A DNA stretch of 64,000 bases. Source: Ostreococcus lucimarinus. Lineage: Eukaryota. A program made the position numbers and the translations under genes. The stretch is taken from assembly GCA_000092065.1 (NCBI GenBank), contig CP000585.1. One strand, given 5' to 3'. Below are positions 48,618-56,709 of the stretch, in pieces (positions within the stretch are counted from its first letter, which is position 1; every line of letters begins with the position of its first letter). The notes under the pieces were generated by a model. That model was not told where the DNA came from and searched no databases. It was given only the letters and a program-made list of their open reading frames with translations.

Positions 48618-49514
48618 ATGAGCGAGGTGCCGATCGTCGTCGGCCTGCTGCACGGCTTCGACGGCACGGGACACTGGTTGAATCACGTGCTGATCGATCG
48701 GTACGTGCTCGGGGTGACGAAGGCGGGAGACGCGTACGATCCGTCGAGATATTCGATGGCGAGAAAGTTTACGGTCATGTGGGCCTTTTTGACGTTTTTC
48801 ACGTACGCGCTGTACTTTACGCTGTGCCCGTTGTCGTATTGGTGGAATTTTAAGCGGAAGAACGCGGAGGGGAAGAATAAGGCGAAATGGCTCGGTCGCG
48901 AGGGGAAGGATCAGGTGAAAAACGAGATCGTGCTCTCGGTGTGGTCCATCGCGGTGATGACGTTTATGATTGCGCCGTTCGAGCTGATGGTCGAGGCGGG
49001 ATGGACGAAGTTGTATTGGGACGTCGATAAGTACGGCATGACGTACTTTTGTCTCACGCCGTTGTTGTTTTTGGTGTTCAGCGACACGTGCATTTATTGG
49101 ATTCATCGCGGGTTGCATCATCGCGCGGTGTACGCGCCGATTCACAAGTTGCACCACAAGTACAAGGACACGACGCCGTTTAGCGCGTACGCGTTTCACC
49201 CGCTCGACGGCTGGTTACAAGGGTGCCCGTATCACTTGTTCATCTTCCTGTTCCCCATGCATCACATGACTTACTTTATTTCTCTCGCCATCGTTGGTTT
49301 GTGGACGATCAATATCCACGACCGCGTTTCGATGCGGTTTCCTTACGTCAACTGCGCGGCGCACCACACGATTCATCACACGGGGTTCAATTACAACTAC
49401 GGGCAGTACTTTACGTTTTGGGACAAAATCGGAGGGTCGTACAGGGACCCGCACTCATACCCGCCTTACGCGGACAAGAACCCGAACTTGACGACTAGCA
49501 AAAAAGCTGATTGA
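48618..49514 (+). CDS. Sterol C-5 desaturase / fatty-acid hydroxylase superfamily (ERG3/SC5D-like).
   Basis: Three histidine boxes: WIHRGLHH, HKLHHKY and HHTIHHTGFNYNYGQYF, with 4 TM helices. The track start at 48510 is GTG. The ATG is at 48618 (MSEVPIVVGLL...). Confidence 0.8.
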   Translation: MSEVPIVVGLLHGFDGTGHWLNHVLIDRYVLGVTKAGDAYDPSRYSMARKFTVMWAFLTFFTYALYFTLCPLSYWWNFKRKNAEGKNKAKWLGREGKDQVKNEIVLSVWSIAVMTFMIAPFELMVEAGWTKLYWDVDKYGMTYFCLTPLLFLVFSDTCIYWIHRGLHHRAVYAPIHKLHHKYKDTTPFSAYAFHPLDGWLQGCPYHLFIFLFPMHHMTYFISLAIVGLWTINIHDRVSMRFPYVNCAAHHTIHHTGFNYNYGQYFTFWDKIGGSYRDPHSYPPYADKNPNLTTSKKAD

Positions 49515-49713
49515 TCGATTAATAATTGTTTGTAACGCTCACGAAGAATTTAGCGAAAGGGGTGCGCGTCGCGCCGACGAAAAGCTTTTTGGTTTTATCG
49601 TTACAGTGAAAGGCTCCTTTGTGTCTTCTAATCTCCGAAAATATGCATCACCGAGACGACGCGATCACTTTCGCATCTCAAAAAACCAGCGGCCGACGGC
49701 GCTCGCCGTTCGC

Positions 49714-50360
49714 TTACAGGTACTTTTCCACCGTCCCGGTGAGCGTGCTCTTCGGCACCGCGCCAATCACAGTGTCCATCTTTTGACCACCCTTGAAGAT
49801 CATCACGGTCGGGATGGAACGAATGCCGTACTCCGTCGCCACGCTAGGGGATTCATCCGTGTTAAGCTTGACCTGCACGCGCACAAAAATCGTTGAAACT
49901 CGTCAGTCGCCGCGCTTTGTTTGTCTCACCGCGTCACCCTCGCTCGACGCCGCCCCGCGCGCGGCGTTCTACGCTCGCGCGCGCACCCTCGCGCGCGCCA
50001 TCGCGCGCGACTACACTCGCGATCGAACATTTTCAACGTACCGCCTTGAGCTTCCCTTGGTACTCCTCCGCGAGTTGATCAATCAAAGGCGCAATCATTC
50101 GGCACGGCCCGCACCACGGCGCCCAAAAATCCACGAGCACCGGAACGTCGGACTTCAACACTTCCGCCTCAAACGTCGCGTCCGTGACCACGGTCGCGAG
50201 CGAGCCTGCGCGTGCACACACATTTTCATCCGTCAGTCGCCTCGTTCGCGAATATCGCGCGTCCGCGCGCGCCGCGATTCTCTTGTCTATAGAGCCCTCG
50301 GACCCCCACACCCGGGTGGCTTATCGCGAACGCGATCAGGGGTAACGACGCGATTCCCAT
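49714..50360 (-). CDS. Thioredoxin (m-type, plastid-like), spliced. Exons are 49714..49872, 50042..50205, and a 5' exon that is not resolved (candidate 50312..50360 or longer).
   Basis: The middle exon reads ...[54 protein letters not shown], then donor GCG|GTACGT. The last exon, after GTGCAG, reads [52 protein letters not shown]. The middle exon starts 2 nt after CGCAG, implying a phase-1 upstream exon. Candidates are [16 protein letters not shown]+G (ATG 50360, donor G|GTGTGG) or a longer Ser/Thr/Arg-rich transit peptide from further upstream. Confidence 0.75.
49873..50041 (-). other. Intron between the thioredoxin middle and last exons (169 nt).
   Basis: GTACGTTGAAAATG...GTGCGCGTGCAG; phase 0. 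Splicing joins ...KLKA to VKLNTDE..., as in Trx m. Confidence 0.75.
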
Positions 50361-50866
50361 CGCGCCCGCGCGCCGCGCGCCGCCCCGCATCCGCCCCCCG
50401 GCGCCCGCGTTCGACGCGCGTAAATCTCCACCGCGCATTCCCACCCCTCGACGTCCGAGCGTCGCGTCGCGCGCGCGTCGCGCGTCGCGAATGCACCGCG
50501 CGCGCGCGCCCGCGATCGCGCGCATCTTCATTCGCGTTGACGCACCGCTCGTGCTCGTCTCCTCCGCGCGCGCGACGACGCGCGCGCGGTTGGACGGCGT
50601 TCTATTTTGGTGCGTTTTTCGCGTCACCGAGGTCATCGCGGGGCATCGCGCGAGGGTGAGCGACATCGTATACGCGCGTCGCGCGATGCCGACGTGGCCA
50701 TTATCCGAGTTGATCCGGCGCGGTAAACAATGATCCGTGTTGTATTGCACGAAACGACCCCATGTTTCTTTGAGTCAAGATCCGTCAGAGCTGAGGATCA
50801 CGTATTTCGAGCGCTGGAAGCGCATGAGTCGCGCGACGCGGCCGCCGCACGCCGCGGCGCGCGGCG

Positions 50867-51797
50867 ATGGCGACGCCGGCGTCCACCGTCGCGGGCACGC
50901 GCGTGGTGAAGATCGGGGACGCGTCGCTCGAGGTGCGGACGCGCGCGACGCGCGCGCGCGACGGCGCGACGGCGCGAACGCGCCAACGCGCGCGATGGGC
51001 GATGGGCGACTGACGGCGCGGTGACGACGACGCAGGTGCCCTCGTTCGTGAGCGCGTCGAACGTCGGGACGAGCGCGCCGCGAAAGAAGCATTTTCGTCA
51101 GCGCGCGCACTGTAATCCGTTGAACGATGGGTACTATTACGCGCCCGTGGGACCGTGGGAGATCGACTGGCGCGAGCACTACGAGGAATTTTTCGCGAAG
51201 CGGGACGGCGACGGCGACGCGGGAAGTCTGAAGATACGCTTCGCGGACGTCGGATGTGGGTTCGGAGGGATGCTCGTGCGACTGGCGGAGGTGTTTCCGG
51301 AAAAGTTGATGCTCGGGATGGAGATACGGGACAAGGTGAGCGAGTACGTGCGCGAGCGGTGCGCGGCGTTGCGCAAGGACCACCCGGGTAAGTACTGGAA
51401 CATTTCGTGCGTGCGGGCGAACGCGATGAAAAATTTGCCGCAATATTTCGAAAAGGGGCAATTGGAGAAGCTCTTCTTTTTGTTTCCCGATCCACACTTC
51501 AAGGCGGCGAATCATAGGCGAAGAATCGTGACGACGACGTTACTCGCCGAGTACGCGTACGTGCTCGCCGAGGGCGGAATTTTGTACACCATCACCGACG
51601 TCGAGGAACTCGGTAAATGGATGTCCGATCACATGTCCGCGCATCCAATGTTTGAACGCGTGCCCGAGGCTGAGCTCACGAAAGATCCCGTGGTGCCGCT
51701 CCTTTACACGGGCACCGAGGAAGGGCAAAAAGTTGAGCGAAACTCGGGTTCGACGTTTCTCAACGTCTTCAGGCGCGTCGCCAACCCGAACCATTAG
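50867..51797 (+). CDS. TRM8: tRNA (guanine-N7)-methyltransferase TRM8/METTL1 with two exons: 50867..50932 and 51036..51797.
   Basis: Exon 2 reads VPSFVSASNVGTSAPRKKHFRQRAHCNPLNDG...FADVGCGFGGMLVRLAEVFPEKLMLGMEIRDKVSEYV...FFLFPDPHFK...ITDVEELGKWM.... Human METTL1 reads ...KRYYRQRAHSNP...FADIGCGYGGLLVEL...FFLFPDPHFK. The track start at 51021 is GTG. The proposed exon 1 is MATPASTVAGTRVVKIGDASLE, with donor GAG|GTGCGGACG, branch GACTGACGG and acceptor CGCAG. Confidence 0.75.
50933..51035 (+). other. Proposed intron of TRM8 (103 nt).
   Basis: GTGCGGACGCGCGCGACGCGCGCGCGCGACGGCGCGACGG...GGGCGACTGACGGCGCGGTGACGACGACGCAG. Confidence 0.6.
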
Positions 51798-51893
51798 TTA
51801 GCGCGCGTCAAGACGCAACGTAGTTTTCTAGATTCTAAGCCATCACAGTATTACATGATTCCCTACGTGCGCGCGACTTCCTCGCCCTCGCTC

Positions 51894-52217
51894 CTACGTC
51901 GCCTTTGCCTTCGCCGCCTGCGCTTGGTCGTACGAAAACCTTCGAAACAGTTGATACGACCCCGTCGCCGCCATCACCATGTTCACCGCCATCAAGTTGT
52001 AGTTCACGGGCGTGATGTCCAGCGCGTACTTGCACCAGATCAATCCCGTGAGCGTCACCGCGCTCTGCTGCGGGACGCTGAGCAATTCGGGCGGGCGCGA
52101 GAAATCCTTCACGTTCGCCGCGGTGATCCCCCATTTCATCGTCGGCGCCCAGAAGAAGATGGTTTTAGGGCCCGCGGGGTGGTTCCAGAATGATCGCGCG
52201 CTCGCGGCGAACGACAT
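51894..52217 (-). CDS. MPC: Mitochondrial pyruvate carrier (MPC/UPF0041 family).
   Basis: FWNHPAGPKTIFFWAPTMKWGITAANVKDFSRPPELLSVPQQSAVTLTGLIWCKYALDITPVNYNLMAVNMVMAATGSYQLFR matches MPC. The ATG is at 52217 (MSFAASARS...). The track ORF start at 52424 overlaps the upstream DNMT CDS. Confidence 0.75.
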   Translation of the reverse strand: MSFAASARSFWNHPAGPKTIFFWAPTMKWGITAANVKDFSRPPELLSVPQQSAVTLTGLIWCKYALDITPVNYNLMAVNMVMAATGSYQLFRRFSYDQAQAAKAKAT

Positions 52218-52353
52218 GGCGAACGCGCCGCGGAATGCGTCGCGGCGGAAACCCCCTGAATGGACTTTTGCGCTGTGTTCCGAACACTGGCTACGTAGAG
52301 CTCGGATGAATGTCGTATCACATGGGTCGTGGTGAAAATCGTCGAGAAGGAAA

Positions 52354-54816
52354 CTAGAGTTTGAGCTGGATGGCGACGCCGGCGTCATCGCGTCGCATGG
52401 TTTTCGTGCAGAGAGGATTTTCATCGAGCGCCGCGTCGGCGGCGGTGTGAACGATGATTTTCGCCTTGAGCGCGGACGCGGCGTTGGCCTTCTTTGCCAA
52501 AGCGATATCCGAGTCGACGTTTGACGGGACGTATTGCGCTACCATGACGGATTCAGTCCACGGCTTGAAGTTCAAGTCGACGTCGCCGTCATCGTAATCG
52601 ACGCGAAACGAATACGTGTGCGGATCGAAGGCGGTAATCGTGCCAGAGTAAAACGCGTTGTCCCGCTGCCACAGCACCACTATCCTCTGGCCTACGGCTT
52701 TGTCCTTGCGAAGCGCTAGTGTGGCGCCGATTTGACCGTGTCTCGCGAGTTCTATGATCTTCATCTGTGCGCACTTTGATTTCATCTTAGAACGACCAGC
52801 CGCGAGCTCCGACTCCGTGCCGGACGAACGCCGCGATCTCGTCTGCGGTTTGCTATCGGCCATAGCCTTGTGCGCTTCGGTGACGCACACGTCACATTCG
52901 TAACATGGCGATGGATCGGTGAAGAGATGTGCGTTGTTACGCTGCACGATTGGGTTGACGGGAGCCTCTAAATTCCTCGCATTGCACCACGCCCGTGCCG
53001 ACTCGACTGACTGCGTAAATTTCGCCTTTGAAGAAAACACAGGTTGTTTCATCGCTTCGCCGTAAAATTTGTCGAACGGATAAACTTCCGACGCTTTAAC
53101 CCATGCGAAGGATCTGCGATCGTCGAAAAAGATCACTAAACGATGATCCTCGGTGAACTTGGGGCTGAAAGCTGCAACACGTGCGCCCTCAGGGATAACG
53201 GCGTGATCCCGAAGCGGATGGAGCGCGACGCATGGCCAGTACATGGTCTTTCCTCGCACAGCTCCTTTCCATTTCACCCACGAGCACTCGCCGTGTGTCG
53301 TCATGCCATGTTCGTCTAAGTCGTTTTCGTTGTTTTCGTCTCGATGTCTCTTTTCCTTTGCAGCCTCTGTTTCTTCGCTCTCCCCCTCGTCTTCATCCGA
53401 ATCGTCGTCGTACTCATTGGCAGCTTGTTCGTCGTCTTCGGCGTCAATGTCTTCTAAAATGTCAATCTTAGACTTCTTTGATGGCGACGGCAGGGTCACT
53501 TGTGTCGAGTCACGCTTGACGTCTAACGCCGCGAGAATCGTCGAGTCAATGTTCTCGTGCGCGAGCTCGAGTCTCCGCAAGTAGCCTTCTCGAAGTTCGT
53601 ACCGCACGGGTTTGTTCTTTGTGAATTCAAGAAAATCGCCGAGCGGTGTGAAACCGCGAATGAGTGGAAACTCTGAAACTTCGTTCGGCGCGCGTTGTCG
53701 ACCTGTCCATTTCGGATCGCCGTTCACGTTGAGCATGTTGTAAGCGGCGAGCGGCCATGCCTTTGAAGATCGATCGCGCGTCGCTGGTCCCGGACACGGC
53801 TTTTCGAATGGCGTCGCCAGCGCATCGTAGGTAAATTTCACGTTGTACGGGCATTTCAACTGCTCGCCAAGCCACCGGCTTTGTGGGACGCTGCACGCCA
53901 GACCTAAGAGACTAAATCTTTTCATCGTTTGTAAATCCGTGTCGAACACCGGCGCTCGTTCGTTGGGACGCATGAGCGGATAGCAGGGTTCCGTATAACC
54001 CGGAGGAAATCCCATCAATCGTTCGGCGTCTTCTATCGCCAACATTGACAACTCAGCCTTTTGCTTTCCGATTTGGGTCGCGACACATGTACGACGTCCG
54101 TTGCTCGTCGTGAAGCAGTGCATGATATCGCAACACGGCGCTCGACGCTTCTCCCCGAGATCTATCGACGCCGAAAACATCTTTGTCGGTACTCGCGGTG
54201 GAGTGATGAAGCACTCGTAACACTCGTTGTTCATTCCCAGCTGGACGCACTCTCCCGAACACATCGCGCTCTGCGACAATAACACGTCTCGGGGATCACC
54301 GTGCAAAGATGCGACGACGAAAACGCGTCGTCGCTTATGAGGCGTCCCAAAGGACAAAAGATCGACGACGCGATACGCCCATCTGTATCCGAGATTTTCC
54401 AATTCATTGACTACGTAATCGATCGCCGGTCTCTGTTCGCCGTCGCTGTGCCACTTCAACAACCCGACGACGTTCTCGAGCAACAGCCACGGCACCCGTC
54501 TCGCCTCGAGCAAGCGAAACACGTGCGAGACGGAACGCGTGGCGCCGCCGAGCTCGAGTCCGGGTCGCTTGAGATTCTCGCAGCTGCAGTCGTTGCACGG
54601 AAACCCAGCGACGACGCAGTCGATGTTTTCGAGCATGAACGGGAGCACCTCCGCCACGTCATTGAGCAGCGCGACGCCCGGAAAGCGCGCCGAGAGGACT
54701 TGCTTGCAGTGGGCGTCGCGCTCTACCATGAGCTCTATGCGGTGGCCGGCTTGCTGGAGACCGAGATCGAGGCCTCCGACTCCGGAGAATAGGGACGCCA
54801 CGCGAAGACTCACCAT
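52354..54816 (-). CDS. Cytosine-5 DNA methyltransferase (Dcm/Dnmt fold). The catalytic domain is N-terminal, followed by C-terminal PWWP-like and Tudor-like reader domains.
   Basis: Motif I LFSGVGGLDLGL, motif IV GFPCNDCS, motif VI ENVVGLL, motif VIII ...TPHKRRRVFVVA, motif X-like ERLMGFPPGYTEP. Then an acidic linker. PWWP-like GECSWVKWKGAVRGKTMYWPCVALHP...FAWVKASEVYPFD. Tudor-like GQRIVVLWQRDNAFYSGTITAFDPHTYSFRVDYDDGDVDLNF. The ATG at 54816 is verified. Confidence 0.8.
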   Translation of the reverse strand: MVSLRVASLFSGVGGLDLGLQQAGHRIELMVERDAHCKQVLSARFPGVALLNDVAEVLPFMLENIDCVVAGFPCNDCSCENLKRPGLELGGATRSVSHVFRLLEARRVPWLLLENVVGLLKWHSDGEQRPAIDYVVNELENLGYRWAYRVVDLLSFGTPHKRRRVFVVASLHGDPRDVLLSQSAMCSGECVQLGMNNECYECFITPPRVPTKMFSASIDLGEKRRAPCCDIMHCFTTSNGRRTCVATQIGKQKAELSMLAIEDAERLMGFPPGYTEPCYPLMRPNERAPVFDTDLQTMKRFSLLGLACSVPQSRWLGEQLKCPYNVKFTYDALATPFEKPCPGPATRDRSSKAWPLAAYNMLNVNGDPKWTGRQRAPNEVSEFPLIRGFTPLGDFLEFTKNKPVRYELREGYLRRLELAHENIDSTILAALDVKRDSTQVTLPSPSKKSKIDILEDIDAEDDEQAANEYDDDSDEDEGESEETEAAKEKRHRDENNENDLDEHGMTTHGECSWVKWKGAVRGKTMYWPCVALHPLRDHAVIPEGARVAAFSPKFTEDHRLVIFFDDRRSFAWVKASEVYPFDKFYGEAMKQPVFSSKAKFTQSVESARAWCNARNLEAPVNPIVQRNNAHLFTDPSPCYECDVCVTEAHKAMADSKPQTRSRRSSGTESELAAGRSKMKSKCAQMKIIELARHGQIGATLALRKDKAVGQRIVVLWQRDNAFYSGTITAFDPHTYSFRVDYDDGDVDLNFKPWTESVMVAQYVPSNVDSDIALAKKANAASALKAKIIVHTAADAALDENPLCTKTMRRDDAGVAIQLKL

Positions 54817-54976
54817 CTTCGCCGCGTCGCGATGCGTCGAGCGTCGGGGTGTGTGGACGCGATCGCGGTCGCGCGGCGAGACGGGACGACGCCGACGGCG
54901 AGCAAATTCTAAAATACATTAAAAATATGCCTCTCGCTCGCGAAGAAACACACGACAATCTTGTTCTGAATCCTTC

Positions 54977-55607
54977 TTAATCTTGCTCGGAATCCTTCAA
55001 AATTTTGTTGTACAGCGTGGCTTCGTCGCATTCGACGCACTCGTCGATCTCCGCGTTGAGCGAGCAAAATAACTGTTCTCTCAAGATTTCCAAGTTCACG
55101 TCTTCGTACTTCTCCTGGCATCGCTCACCCCCGAGTCCGCGGTTGAAGTAACTGCGCCATCGTTTCAACAACACCACTCTCTGCGCGAGAATTCTCTGCG
55201 CGTGATCACTGCGCCCTTCGGCGAAGAGTTTCTTGATGAACTCGTCGCCTCGGTTCTTATACTCGCTCGCGGCGAAGTTGTACAACCACTTGTACTCCCC
55301 CTTCCCCGGCGACAAATCCGTCTCTTGCATCTGCGCCAGCGTCTCCTTGAGCGCTCGAAACGTAAAGTAGTTCATCAGCAAGCTGTCGACGTCGTTAAAA
55401 CTCTGTTCAGGCGCGCGCGCGTCGCGCATTCCGTCAGTCAATCGCTCGAAAAGTTTAAACTCGCGCACTCGCCATCGTCGAGACGTCGCCGCTACTCACG
55501 TCGCCGTACGCCCCGCCGAGGTCCCCGCGTCGAATGACATCGCGCGCGCGATGCCGCGCGACGCGTCGGGCGGCGAAAATCGGTGTCGCGCGCTTGACGC
55601 ACGACAT
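54977..55607 (-). CDS. RBCX: RbcX (Rubisco assembly chaperone) precursor with two exons: 55500..55607 and 54977..55402.
   Basis: Exon 2 SFNDVDSLLMNYFTFRALKETLAQMQETDLSPGKGEYKWLYNFAASEYKNRGDEFIKKLFAEGRSDHAQRILAQRVVLLKRW matches the RbcX core. The track start at 55468 is GTG. Proposed exon 1 is MSCVKRATPIFAARRVARHRARDVIRRGDLGGAYGD (transit-peptide-like), ending at donor GAC|GTGAGTAGC, with branch TTGACTGACGG and acceptor CTGAACAG, in frame. Confidence 0.7.
55403..55499 (-). other. Proposed intron of RbcX (97 nt).
   Basis: GTGAGTAGCGGCGACG...GATTGACTGACGGAATGCG...CCTGAACAG. Confidence 0.6.
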
Positions 55608-55831
55608 TTTGTGCGGGGTGCCCGCGTCCGTGGTCGACAGTTGAAGGGGCCTCGGCGCCAGCGTGGCTCGAGCGCGACATTCGAGGGATTGCGGTCGGGG
55701 AAGAGGGGATGTGGTATTGAATAGAGCGTAGAATGCTAAAGCGAGAGTGTGCGCGTCATCTCGACGCGCGGGTGGGCGAGAGGAGCGATGACGACGAGAT
55801 CCGCGATCGGGTCTCGGCGACTCGGCGCCGC

Positions 55832-56501
55832 TCACGCGGCGGGCTCGGGCGCGGTCAACGCCGCGTCCGTCGTGATCGTCGACGAGGTCTCCGCCACTTT
55901 GGGCGCGGGTGCGGGCTTATCGGTCGCGGGCATTCTCGCGCTCGTCGCGCGCTTCTCTACCGGTGCCTCTTGTAAGAGATCCACCACCTTGTACACGCCG
56001 AACAAGACCGCCGCTCCGACGGCGAGCGTCACGAGCGTCGTCACGCTCGGTCCCGAGCTTTCCACTACCTCGAAATCCTCTCCCCGAATCGTGTCTTCGC
56101 GCACTTGACCAGAGCGAATCGGGTCACCGCGCGCGTATCGACCCTCCTTCAGCGTCTTACTCTCCGGTCGCGAGCCGTAACTCTCCGGCGCCGTCTCTTT
56201 GCGGCCGTCCGGCAAGCTCTCCACGAGCTTTCCGATTAACCCGCCGAGCTCGGGCTTCTCTTCGCTGCGGTACGCCGAGGAATCTTTCGCCTCGTCTTCC
56301 GAACCGGCGCGTCGGACGATGTGGGCGCCTCGCGCGAGCTGCGAGCGGAAGAATCGGCGTTAATCACTGTCGACGTCATCAAACAACAAACGAGCGTCGC
56401 GCATCGTCGAACGAGCGTACCTGTCGCGCCGCGCGCGGGCATACGGTGGCGGGCGTCTTCGCGGAGACGTTTAAGCGCGCGGTGGCGGTGATGAGAGCCA
56501 T
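55832..56501 (-). CDS. Hypothetical single-pass membrane protein with a transit-peptide-like N-terminus. Two exons: 56421..56501 and 55832..56338.
   Basis: The downstream ORF (track 55832..56224, GTG start) extends in frame upstream to the acceptor CTCGCAG. Proposed exon 1 is MALITATARLNVSAKTPATVCPRAARQ, with donor CAG|GTACGCTCG. The mature part has an acidic stretch and the TM VTTLVTLAVGAAVLFGVYKVV. Confidence 0.45.
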
Positions 56502-56709
56502 GTTAAATAAAGGAGCGTCGAACAGTGATGGAGCAGAAGGGACGTGATATCCACTCACTTTATCGCTCCGCTAGCGCGAGACGCGAGACGAGGAGAATCG
56601 CGCGCGACGAGGGCTGATGAATACTCTTGAATTACAGCAAATGAATGATAAATGAACCGCTGCGCGCTAGTGTGTGTGTGTGCATTTGTATGTGTGTCGT
56701 ATCGCTCGA

